A DNA stretch of 64,000 nt from Thermodesulfobacteriota bacterium (GTDB taxonomy: Bacteria > Desulfobacterota > Desulfobacteria > Desulfobacterales > JAUWMJ01): the NCBI GenBank assembly GCA_034189135.1, contig JAXHVO010000006.1:1943-65942 (forward strand), given 5' to 3'. The notes beneath the pieces were generated by a model. It saw nothing but the letters and a program-made list of their open reading frames with translations. It made no database searches and had not been told where the DNA came from. This document shows, in pieces, positions 1 through 8,479 of the stretch; the first letter of the stretch is position 1, and every line of letters starts with the position of its first letter. The translations under genes and the position numbers were made by a program.

Positions 1-449
1 CCACCAGAGAGCTGATGAGGATAGTGATCTTCAAACCCTTCAAGTTCAACCATTTCAATAAATTCTTGTATCTTTTCTTTTTTCAGATCGATATCCTTCA
101 TATGCCGCAAGCCAAGCTCAATATTCTCCCATACGGTCATCCAGGGAAGAAGACCGCTGTGCTGAAAAACAAAAATATTATCTGAACTCGGTCCGTCAAC
201 CTGGTTATCATCAATAAGAACACCCCCCGAGGTCGACTTATCGAAACCGGCTATTATACCAAGCAAAGTAGATTTTCCGCATCCGGAAGGGCCTAAGATA
301 CAAACCATTTCTCCATGATCAAACTGAAGGTTTATATTGTCCAACACACGGATTATCTCTCCGAACCCTTCCGGGTCATCAGGCTCCCGGCGAATCCGCC
401 GCCTGTTTTTAAACTCCTTGGTTATATTTTTTAAAACAATATGCCTCAT
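1..449 (-). CDS. ABC transporter ATP-binding protein (NitT/TauT-like), N-terminal ~149 aa only; C-terminus lies beyond the window edge
   Basis: Own minus-strand translation from ATG at 449..447: MRHIVLKNITKEFKN...GEMVCILGPSGCGKST (Walker A), ending ...PHQLSGG (ABC signature) at the window edge. Not in the ORF track because there is no stop in the window. Lies directly downstream of the permease gene. Confidence 0.85.
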   Translation of the reverse strand, partial: MRHIVLKNITKEFKNRRRIRREPDDPEGFGEIIRVLDNINLQFDHGEMVCILGPSGCGKSTLLGIIAGFDKSTSGGVLIDDNQVDGPSSDNIFVFQHSGLLPWMTVWENIELGLRHMKDIDLKKEKIQEFIEMVELEGFEDHYPHQLSG

Positions 450-532
450 ACTTTTACTACTTCCCAGCTGTAACCGCCAGTTTGCTTATATTGCCTTCTT
501 CTATGTTCTTTGTGTGTTTGTGGTGAAATTTG

Positions 533-1306
533 TTAAACCACAGATCCCCAAAAAGCCGAATCTATCCTGCCTAGCCGTCTCATGATGTAATCGAGCAACA
601 AACCTATTATGCCGATAACTATCATTCCGTCCATCACATAATCCATACGAAGGGCATTCCGGGAATCTAAAATCAGGTACCCCAAGCCCGACTGGACTGC
701 AATCATCTCAGCGGCAACCACAACAAGCCAGGCTATGGTTACAGTTAATCTCAAAGCTGTAACCACTTCCGGGATTATTGCAGGAATGACAATTTTCAAT
801 ACTACTTCAGACCTGCTGAAGTTAAAGTTTGAAGCAACCTGGAAATAGATTGGATTGATTGAGCATACAGCTACGGTAGTTGACACAACAAGAGGGAAAA
901 AGCTTGACAGGAAAATAAGAAAAACAGCGGGTTTATCACCTATTCCAAACCATAGCATTGAAAGCGGAATCCAGGCAAGTGGAGATATGGGACGTAAAAA
1001 CTGAATAATCGGATTCAGTAAAAGTCTGGCTGACTCCAGTCGTCCCAATAAAATACCAAGCGGGATCCCCAACAGTATAGCAAAGTAGAACCCGGTGGTA
1101 ACCCTGAAAAGGCTTGCCACAGAGTGCTTAAATAAAGTACCGTCGGCAGTCAATTCCCACAATCCTATAATAACTTCAGACGGCCCTGGGAAAACATGCT
1201 CACTCCAGCCGCTGAAACGCGCTGTCAATTCCCATAACAAAAGAGCAAGGGAAAAAATGAAAATCGACAGAATAAAAGGTGAATTTCTTGTTGGTATGGT
1301 AGTCAC
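533..1306 (-). CDS. ABC transporter permease (SsuC/TauC, nitrate/sulfonate/taurine type)
   Basis: 257 aa, multi-pass membrane protein. It has the typical BPD-transporter core (..LRPISPLAWIPLSMLWFGIGDKPAVFLIF..). Its start overlaps the stop of the upstream gene by 4 nt. Confidence 0.85.
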   Translation of the reverse strand: MTTIPTRNSPFILSIFIFSLALLLWELTARFSGWSEHVFPGPSEVIIGLWELTADGTLFKHSVASLFRVTTGFYFAILLGIPLGILLGRLESARLLLNPIIQFLRPISPLAWIPLSMLWFGIGDKPAVFLIFLSSFFPLVVSTTVAVCSINPIYFQVASNFNFSRSEVVLKIVIPAIIPEVVTALRLTVTIAWLVVVAAEMIAVQSGLGYLILDSRNALRMDYVMDGMIVIGIIGLLLDYIMRRLGRIDSAFWGSVV

Positions 1307-2028
1307 TTTAGTTGTTCTTCAGCTATTATTTTTTCTTTATCAAACCGAACATTATAATAATCAAAGGCTTTAACCATGTTTTGCATATCCTCGATATCCT
1401 GCCGGACTATTCTAAGATCATCTTTTATTTCCTCAGGGATACCGTCTCCCCCTGATTTTGCACCGCATACCCTGACAATCCTATCCATCAGTATAATATC
1501 CTGGCCGGTATGACTCCAGACATGCAGCAGTATTTCCTGCAAATCTATTGCCAGGTCATTGATCAGCTCTCCGATCTTATTGATTTCGCTATTGGCGCAT
1601 TCCGACACCATTGCATCCAGATGTCCCCTGGTCATCTGGTATACAGTCTTTCCCATGTGATCAATAGGTCTGACAAAATAACGCATAAAAACATACATGG
1701 ATGCGATCACACACAGCAACAAGGCGGATATGCCCAAGATCACGCGATCTTGTATGCGCCTCAGTATATTTGTTATTTCATTCACCTCCGGAAGTGCATA
1801 TTCGCTCTGCGAAAACTGCCTGACCATGTCCTCTGCGATTTCCTTTTGCAGGCGGTCACGCCCCAACTCGTAAATCAAACCGATCCCAACAAGAAAAATG
1901 ACAAAAAATACCAGGGAGAAATAGATCAATATTTTTTTGCTAATACCGGGAACGCGATTTCTCCTGATCTCATCTATAACATTCCCAGACCGCTTTAGGT
2001 AATGACCTCTTTTTTTATTATCTTCCAC
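1303..2028 (-). CDS. Membrane protein with two TM segments and a HAMP domain, no recognisable output domain
   Basis: 241 aa. TM1 is ILIYFSLVFFVIFLVGIGLIY and TM2 is LGISALLLCVIASMYVF. A HAMP-like segment follows: RYFVRPIDHMGKTVYQMTRGHLDAMV...EINKIGELINDLAIDLQE. Confidence 0.7.
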   Translation of the reverse strand: MEDNKKRGHYLKRSGNVIDEIRRNRVPGISKKILIYFSLVFFVIFLVGIGLIYELGRDRLQKEIAEDMVRQFSQSEYALPEVNEITNILRRIQDRVILGISALLLCVIASMYVFMRYFVRPIDHMGKTVYQMTRGHLDAMVSECANSEINKIGELINDLAIDLQEILLHVWSHTGQDIILMDRIVRVCGAKSGGDGIPEEIKDDLRIVRQDIEDMQNMVKAFDYYNVRFDKEKIIAEEQLK

Positions 2029-2066
2029 TGCACCTGATCCTTAATATGAATCATGATTCTCTGAAA

Positions 2067-2420
2067 TTACGGATTTTCTATAATCTCAAGTATTTCTCTC
2101 GATTTGTTCTTGTTGACATACCCTACGGCACCCAGACGCTGAGCATCCTCACCATATTTATCCTTGTCCAGATTGGAAAGGAAGAGGATCCTTGCTTCAT
2201 CGTCGTATCGAAGAATTTCCTTTGCAGCGGCAAAGCCGTCCATATCCCGCATGGTAATATCCATTGTCACCAGATCCGGTTTTAAAGATTTGTAAAGCTC
2301 CACCGCTTCCTTACCGTTTTTGGCTTCCCCGACTATGTTATGGCCTTCGGGTTGCAAAATTTTAGTAATCATCTTTCGCATCATGGAAGAGTCATCAACA
2401 ATTAAAATGCGCTTGCTCAT
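2067..2420 (-). CDS. cheY: Single-domain response regulator (CheY-like)
   Basis: 117 aa. Receiver motifs are ILIVDDS, DLVTMDITMRDMDG (phospho-Asp) and a conserved Ser/Lys later in the domain. Confidence 0.85.
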   Translation of the reverse strand: MSKRILIVDDSSMMRKMITKILQPEGHNIVGEAKNGKEAVELYKSLKPDLVTMDITMRDMDGFAAAKEILRYDDEARILFLSNLDKDKYGEDAQRLGAVGYVNKNKSREILEIIENP

Positions 2421-2500
2421 TGGCCTTCACCTTTTCATTGATAAGTTTTAAAGCTGTTGTCCATTACAGTTAACGTCTGAAAAATTGAGCACTGGTTAGT

Positions 2501-3223
2501 TTACTTGCCCAAAAAGATACCATCCAGCCATCGCCCGGTCTTTACGGTTCCGTCCGCATAAGTCAACGTTCCATAACCGGTAATCATTCCATCTTTCCAT
2601 TGCCCGGTATATACCCTGCCATCCGGAGATGTCAGCGTACCATGCCCGTTTCGCTTGCCGGCATTGAATTGGCCGACGTACCTTCGCCCATCGGGGAATA
2701 TGTATGTGCCGTAGCCTTCCTGCCGATCGTCGATAAAATCGCCTTCGTATTCCAAACCGTCGGGATAAATCAGTCTGCCGAATCCGTATCTCTTCCCATT
2801 AATAATTTTCCCTTCATATATCTTTCCGTCCGGAAGTATTACGGTCTTTTCTTCGGAAAACGTTTCACCGGCTTCATTTTGGGATCCGCCTTTTTCCTGG
2901 TGAGTTGAGGAAAGAGGTTTTAATGCCCGCTGCCTGCTTTTCTTTTTTCTGCCGGTACTTTTCTTGCTGAATTTTTTACGTGTCGCACTGTCCCTGCCTT
3001 CTCTATTCTTGACAGCAGTCGGTAAAGATCCGTTTAAAGACGACTCCGGCTCAAGTTCGGGCTTTTGCTTCACGAATGTAGGTTGTACAGCGGTTTCTTT
3101 CTCCAGATGTAGATCCCTGTTTAACCGGCCCTTATGGCTTCCACTGCTGATACAGCCTGCAAAAAACAATATCACCGAAAAACCGATGATTATCCGTAAA
3201 AATACAAGCGCGGTCGTTTTCAA
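2501..3223 (-). CDS. MORN-repeat lipoprotein
   Basis: 240 aa with a TTG start preceded by AAAGGGG. Signal peptide with lipobox FFAGC. A Lys/Ser-rich linker is followed by about 6 MORN repeats (YEGKIINGKRYGFG, YEGDFIDDRQEGYG, YVGQFNAGKRNGHG, YTGQWKDGMITGYG ...). Confidence 0.8.
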   Translation of the reverse strand: MKTTALVFLRIIIGFSVILFFAGCISSGSHKGRLNRDLHLEKETAVQPTFVKQKPELEPESSLNGSLPTAVKNREGRDSATRKKFSKKSTGRKKKSRQRALKPLSSTHQEKGGSQNEAGETFSEEKTVILPDGKIYEGKIINGKRYGFGRLIYPDGLEYEGDFIDDRQEGYGTYIFPDGRRYVGQFNAGKRNGHGTLTSPDGRVYTGQWKDGMITGYGTLTYADGTVKTGRWLDGIFLGK

Positions 3224-3247
3224 GGTTTTACCCCTTTCCCCAATCGG

Positions 3248-4144
3248 CTACATATTGGCGAAAATACCGTATTTGATGTCAACCAGACAATCACGCACCG
3301 GCTCATAATCGGCCGGGTAAGTCCAGCCGGTCACCTTGGAATCTCTGGAAACCTTTGAATCCGCCTCAATGAGCATCAGAGCCTTGGATACTTTTCTGGC
3401 GATTATCGTATCGGTTTTTACCGTTTTTGCCATTGGCCATACGGGATAAAGTCGCGTGCTGTGAGCAAAGGGAAAAGAGTCACGAATCTGATTAATGACA
3501 TAAAATTGACTCATACTGATCAGACCCTCTTCTTCCATCCTTTCAAGGGTGTCCGACCTCACGGTACCGACATCAACGGCTCCTGATTTTACCGCCATCA
3601 CGACCTTATCATGCGTGCCGCCTTCCAAAAAGGCCTTACAATCCTTCCTGGGGTCTATACCGTTTTCCATCAAAAGTCGCCAGGCCATGTGAGCACCGCC
3701 AAAGGAAGAATATTTCACACACATAAACTTTTTTCCTTTGATGTCGGATAATTTTTTAATGGAACTGTTTCTCCTGGCAAAGATAACACCGCCGAATTCA
3801 TAGGTGGCAAGGCCTTTTTTAGCATTCATCAGCGTTGCAATTGCCTTCACGCCGTACTTTTCACGCATCACCACATAAAATGCCGAGTTTGCCAGCAGGA
3901 AGTCAATTCTTCCGGTCTTTACTGCCTGGTCAATTTCTACAAACTTAAGAGGCACAACGGTAAACCTTTCTCCAACCCTTCTTGTCAGGTACTCTGCAGT
4001 GGAATTCCATTTTTCATAAGTCTTTTGAGCTCCCCGTTTGGCCAAAATTCCGATCTGATAATCTGCCTGCACCGAGGCGGAAAATGCCATTGTGATCATC
4101 ATTGCCATAGCAATAATGACTAATTTAATTTGATTTTTTTTCAT
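3248..4144 (-). CDS. PhnD/SsuA-family periplasmic substrate-binding protein
   Basis: 298 aa with an N-terminal signal peptide and a GGAGG RBS. It has PhnD-like motifs (IGILAKRGAQKT.., GRIDFLLANSAFY, GTVRSDTLERM). Confidence 0.75.
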   Translation of the reverse strand: MKKNQIKLVIIAMAMMITMAFSASVQADYQIGILAKRGAQKTYEKWNSTAEYLTRRVGERFTVVPLKFVEIDQAVKTGRIDFLLANSAFYVVMREKYGVKAIATLMNAKKGLATYEFGGVIFARRNSSIKKLSDIKGKKFMCVKYSSFGGAHMAWRLLMENGIDPRKDCKAFLEGGTHDKVVMAVKSGAVDVGTVRSDTLERMEEEGLISMSQFYVINQIRDSFPFAHSTRLYPVWPMAKTVKTDTIIARKVSKALMLIEADSKVSRDSKVTGWTYPADYEPVRDCLVDIKYGIFANM

Positions 4145-4200
4145 AATCTATCCTCCATTTTAATAGAACGGTTCAAGTTCAAAACCTCTCTGTTCATGCG

Positions 4201-5214
4201 TTATCTGCCGAGCATACCTTTTGCCAGGCTGTAATACTGAATCCCGGCTCTGCTCTTTTTGTTATGGTAAATGGCTGGCTTGCGCAATATTTGTGACTCC
4301 TTGATTTTCGTATCGTACTCTATAATGGTGTTAAAGGTTCTGCCGTCATATTTTTGTTTCAATTTAGTACGGATCAATTCTGATACGACAGCACTATCTT
4401 CGTACATGGTAAATAGTATCTTATAATCGATATCAGGATTGGTTTTTTCTTTGATCAGTTGAATGATCTTGATTATCCGGTTCACTCCGTATGTCGCCAG
4501 ATATTCACACTGGCAGGGAATGATTGCAAGGTCGGCAGCCGTCAAGGCATTTATGGTAAAAAATTCAATCGATGGTGGCGTGTCTATCAATATATAATCA
4601 AATTGATCTTTAATGGCATTCAGTTCATGCTTTAGAATGTATTCATAATTGGCTGCATTAAAGTATTTTTTGTTTAACAAAACCATATTCTTACCTGAAG
4701 GCAACAGTGAAAGATTCGGATAAGGCGTTTTGATGAGGATTTCGGCCAAATCCTTATTCTCGGAATTTAATATCTCATAAAAAGATTCCGTACTCTGGTA
4801 ACCCAGACAAACGGTTAAATTTGATTGGGCATCAAAATCGACCAGCAAAACCCTCTTGTTAAGCAGGGCCAGAGATACACCAAGGTTCAGGCAGGTGGAT
4901 GTTTTAGCCACACCTCCCTTTTGATTGGTAATAACGATGGTCTTCACCGGGGTTTGTTTTTCACTTTTTCCCTCCCCCACGCCAAAAAGCTGATTTGTCC
5001 CAGATGAAGCAAATTGAACTTCCTGTTGAACTGCCGCAGTTTCCACCGCATGTTTAGTGCAGTCTGCTTCTTGCTCAGGTTCCTGGATTGTGCCTGGCCT
5101 GAATACGGAAAAAACATAATTGCATTTGGAGCATCTGACCTTAACGCTTTGTTTTTTTATAACGCCTTCATCCAGCTTAAAACTGGATTCACAATTTTTG
5201 CATGTAACAATCAT
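4201..5214 (-). CDS. ParA/MinD-family ATPase with N-terminal MJ0042-type zinc ribbon
   Basis: 337 aa. The N-terminus is MIVTCKNCESSFKLD...VRCSKCNYVF (two CxxC pairs). A deviant Walker A follows (ITNQKGGVAKTST) in a ParA-like body (LLVDFDAQSN, ILIDTPPS). Confidence 0.85.
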   Translation of the reverse strand: MIVTCKNCESSFKLDEGVIKKQSVKVRCSKCNYVFSVFRPGTIQEPEQEADCTKHAVETAAVQQEVQFASSGTNQLFGVGEGKSEKQTPVKTIVITNQKGGVAKTSTCLNLGVSLALLNKRVLLVDFDAQSNLTVCLGYQSTESFYEILNSENKDLAEILIKTPYPNLSLLPSGKNMVLLNKKYFNAANYEYILKHELNAIKDQFDYILIDTPPSIEFFTINALTAADLAIIPCQCEYLATYGVNRIIKIIQLIKEKTNPDIDYKILFTMYEDSAVVSELIRTKLKQKYDGRTFNTIIEYDTKIKESQILRKPAIYHNKKSRAGIQYYSLAKGMLGR

Positions 5215-5320
5215 GACAACACCTTATTTGGTTTCTTCAAATTTCCCGAACTTTTATGGACCGATTTCAAGTTTCCAGCCGTAAACGGCTTTGAAAATTT
5301 AAGCGCATTTCTTGCACACC

Positions 5321-6367
5321 CTATGCCGACCTGCTCATTATCGATTCTATGGTCCCGGGCATTGTTTTCTCATTCACCACGATATCCACCGTTCCGCTTT
5401 GAATGGCATGGTGCGTCAGGTTGGGGTAAACACAACATTCGGCATCCTGAGCGACAGTGACCCCACCTTCGCTTTTAATTCTTCCAAAACCCTCTGCCCC
5501 GTCATCCCCAAGTCCGGTCAATAATAAACCGATGGCATCTTGGCGATAGATCTCGGCCGCTGAGGAAAAAAGAACATTCAAAGGACGCTGGGTACCATTA
5601 TGCCTCTTCAAACAGGCTTCTCCGTCAGAATTCAGATCCATACAAAATTTGTTTTTATTGGAGCTGATATAGCAGGTTCCGGGCTTAAGAGTCGTGCCAT
5701 CTCTGGCAACCTCCACCTTCCAGGGTACCAGCATATCGAACCTTTCCACGAAAGAAGAAATAATTTGCGGTGAGATTTCCTGCACCACCACCACCGCAGC
5801 CGGCAACTCCGGCGAAAGGCCCGAGATCAAACGAATGATCGTATTCGGTCCGGTCAGGTTTGTTCCCACTGCAAGAATATGATCCAATGAGCGGTACCCG
5901 TATAGATCGGACAATTTTTTAGCGGTATTTGATTTTTTTAGCTTTACCCTGCGCATGTTTTCAAGATTCACTGAATGTGCGATTTTGATCCGATCAATTA
6001 CATGCTGCCTTTCTCTGCCAATATCCTGGGAAATGGCACCGGATGGTTTTGGAATAAAATCCACTACGCCAAGCCGCAGGGCGTCAAATGTAATGGCCCC
6101 ATCGCTGAATAAAGAGCTTAAAACAACAATGGGTACCGGGGATTCGATCATAATATGTCTTATGGCCGTCAGCCCGTCCATCACCGGCATGTCAATATCC
6201 AAGGTAATGACATCGGGATGCAGCTTTTTTATTTTACTCAACCCCTCTTTCCCGTTTTTCGCGGTATCCAGAACTTGAATACCGTCATCCTTTTCCAGAA
6301 TATCAGTTACGGCTTTTCGCATGAACAAGGCGTCGTCCACCACCAGCACTTTTATTTTTTTTTCCAT
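5321..6367 (-). CDS. CheB-like response regulator (REC + methylesterase-like domain with substituted catalytic Ser/His)
   Basis: 348 aa. REC motifs are VLVVDDALFMR and DVITLDIDMPVMDG. The C-terminal domain is CheB-like, but the motifs read AVGTNLTGP (canonical GASTGG), VVQEISPQ (canonical QHMPP) and TGLGDDGAEG (Asp motif kept). Confidence 0.8.
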   Translation of the reverse strand: MEKKIKVLVVDDALFMRKAVTDILEKDDGIQVLDTAKNGKEGLSKIKKLHPDVITLDIDMPVMDGLTAIRHIMIESPVPIVVLSSLFSDGAITFDALRLGVVDFIPKPSGAISQDIGRERQHVIDRIKIAHSVNLENMRRVKLKKSNTAKKLSDLYGYRSLDHILAVGTNLTGPNTIIRLISGLSPELPAAVVVVQEISPQIISSFVERFDMLVPWKVEVARDGTTLKPGTCYISSNKNKFCMDLNSDGEACLKRHNGTQRPLNVLFSSAAEIYRQDAIGLLLTGLGDDGAEGFGRIKSEGGVTVAQDAECCVYPNLTHHAIQSGTVDIVVNEKTMPGTIESIMSRSA

Positions 6368-6492
6368 ATCATCATTAGTTACAAATTCGAGCCTGATTTT
6401 AAAAACGTTTTGCTGACGACTTCAGTAAAAATGGCCAGCAAAGCCAACACAGATTTAAATAAAATATCCTGATTCAATCGTTCACTTACTAC

Positions 6493-8334
6493 TCATTCCT
6501 TTTGCTCCAGGATCTGCTCCACGATTTCTTTGGTACCGGCCTCGCAATCCACCAGCCCGGACTGAAAGGCTTTTTCCAAGGGACCCGGAACCATACAGGA
6601 GCGCAATGGTTGAGTAATAATTCGACCATTTCTTTCTTTAATACTCCGCAAACCCTCCAGATCACCGACATCGGCACCTGACAGCAGCACTCCCTGAATG
6701 GGTCCGCTGAATGAATTGCAGACAGAAAGTAGGAAACCGTCAAAATGATGATTCGTTTGGCTGCCTGCTCCAACCGTATTTTCCATATCCACATTATAGT
6801 CGCCCTGTACGTTATTAAGCCTTAAAGAAACCCTATTCGTGCCTATATAACATTGTCCCCCAAACAAAGAAGCGCCCTTTTCCACCGGCAAAACGGTCGC
6901 ATCGCTCCTTTGGTTTAGATAATCCGACAGAGGGATTATGAACTCAGGCGGCATATCATGGAGGGCAAAAATACCGACCTGTGTATCATGGCGTAAAAGA
7001 TTGAACATATTCACCAGTTCGTTAAATGCTCCGGCCCCCGAACTGATTACCACCAACTGTTCACAGGGTAACCGTTTTCCTGAGGGGCTGGATGGCCTCA
7101 TTACCACCTTGGCATCTTTCCCCCGTTTGAATCCGCTGATTCGAGCTCCTGCGGCAATTCGTATTTTTTCTATTATTTTCAGTTGCTTTACCGCCACATC
7201 ATCGGTCTTTTTCGGCTTGTTGATAAAATCAACCGCTCCGAGACGTAAAAACTCAAAAATATTTTTCTGGGACCTGTTACCGATGCTGCTGATGATAATT
7301 ACCGGGCAGGGGTTTTTTATCATTATATGCTTTAATGTCGTGCTGCCGTTCATCACCGGCATATTCACATCAAGTGTAATAATGTCCGGCTGCAGATCAT
7401 TCATTTTTTTTAAAGCCTCTTCACCGTTTTGTGCGGTTCCGACGATTGCAACATCACCCTCAGCGATGAGGATATTTGTCAGGATTTTGCACATCATGGG
7501 CGAATCGTCCACAATTAGCACCCGTATTTGGTGAATCTTGTCAACTGAAACAACCTCGTTGGAATCTTTTTGCTTATCATGTTCAGGGTCGGTTTCCTCA
7601 TCTTCCGCCAACATTGCCTCATTTCTCATATCAGTCTTGTGCGCTGCTTCCAGAAGAAGGTACTGATAGCTCTTTTCAATTGTCGGTTCAGCAACTGGTA
7701 CACCGGTTAGCGTTTCGAAACGGCCACTCTCCCACAGCAGGATCTCGTAAAAGGCTTCTTCCCCGGTTATATCCTCATAAACAGCATGAACGATCTCCCC
7801 GTCTTCAATTACGATAGTTCCTTTCTGAAAGTCCTGCACGACGCTGATAGCCATGCTGGCCCCGGCCAGGCAGCACATTTGAATCAGATCCGACAGCTGA
7901 ATATTTTTCAAAGTGCCGGCGAATCCATTCTCTTTTGCGGTGATCTGTTCCCGCACCATCTGTAACAACTGCTCTGTCTTGAATGGTTTTTCAAGAAAAC
8001 CGAGGCAATTACTCTGTTTAACCTCATGCCTTATATCAGGAGTACTATAGCCGGTCATAAGTATTACTTTGACTCCAGGATGATGGCCCCTTATTTCGGC
8101 CAAAAGATGCAGACCAGAGATACCCGGCATCTTAATATCTGAAACAACTATCAAAACATCTTCACGGGATAAAATCTCCAGGGCCTCCCGTCCGTTTGAT
8201 GCGGTCAGCAAACCGTAGCACTCATGGTCATCGGCCATGGCCTTTGATAAACAGCTGATTATCCTCGGATCATCATCTACGATTAGAACCTTTTGGGTGT
8301 TGTCTCCCATGCCTGCCTTTTCGACTCCAAACAT
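6493..8334 (-). CDS. Multi-domain regulator: REC - PATAN/DUF4388 - REC - CheB-like domain
   Basis: 613 aa. REC1 has VLIVDDDPRI and LIVVSDIKMPGISG. The PATAN-like segment is GTLKNIQLSDLIQMCCLAGASMAISV...GEEAFYEILLWESGRFE. REC2 has VLIVDDSPMM and DIITLDVNMPVMNG. The C-terminal CheB-like domain has VISSGAGAF, ALHDMPPEF and LSGADVGDLEG. The alternative start at Met9 (8310) has the better RBS. Confidence 0.75.
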   Translation of the reverse strand: MFGVEKAGMGDNTQKVLIVDDDPRIISCLSKAMADDHECYGLLTASNGREALEILSREDVLIVVSDIKMPGISGLHLLAEIRGHHPGVKVILMTGYSTPDIRHEVKQSNCLGFLEKPFKTEQLLQMVREQITAKENGFAGTLKNIQLSDLIQMCCLAGASMAISVVQDFQKGTIVIEDGEIVHAVYEDITGEEAFYEILLWESGRFETLTGVPVAEPTIEKSYQYLLLEAAHKTDMRNEAMLAEDEETDPEHDKQKDSNEVVSVDKIHQIRVLIVDDSPMMCKILTNILIAEGDVAIVGTAQNGEEALKKMNDLQPDIITLDVNMPVMNGSTTLKHIMIKNPCPVIIISSIGNRSQKNIFEFLRLGAVDFINKPKKTDDVAVKQLKIIEKIRIAAGARISGFKRGKDAKVVMRPSSPSGKRLPCEQLVVISSGAGAFNELVNMFNLLRHDTQVGIFALHDMPPEFIIPLSDYLNQRSDATVLPVEKGASLFGGQCYIGTNRVSLRLNNVQGDYNVDMENTVGAGSQTNHHFDGFLLSVCNSFSGPIQGVLLSGADVGDLEGLRSIKERNGRIITQPLRSCMVPGPLEKAFQSGLVDCEAGTKEIVEQILEQKE

Positions 8335-8479
8335 TGTTTTGTTTAGGGCTTGCTAATAATTGTTTCTTTGGGCGCGTTGTGCCCGGCTGTAAACATAAAA
8401 TATTATAACCGGTTTTATTAAAGAATATATGTGCTCATGATTTGTGCAAATCCTGAACCGCTGTTTCTATCTATCGTTC

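Noticed and set aside
337-585. 82-aa plus-strand ORF spanning the ABC ATPase start and the permease end.
   Set aside because: It overlaps two well-supported minus-strand genes and has low-complexity hydrophobic sequence.
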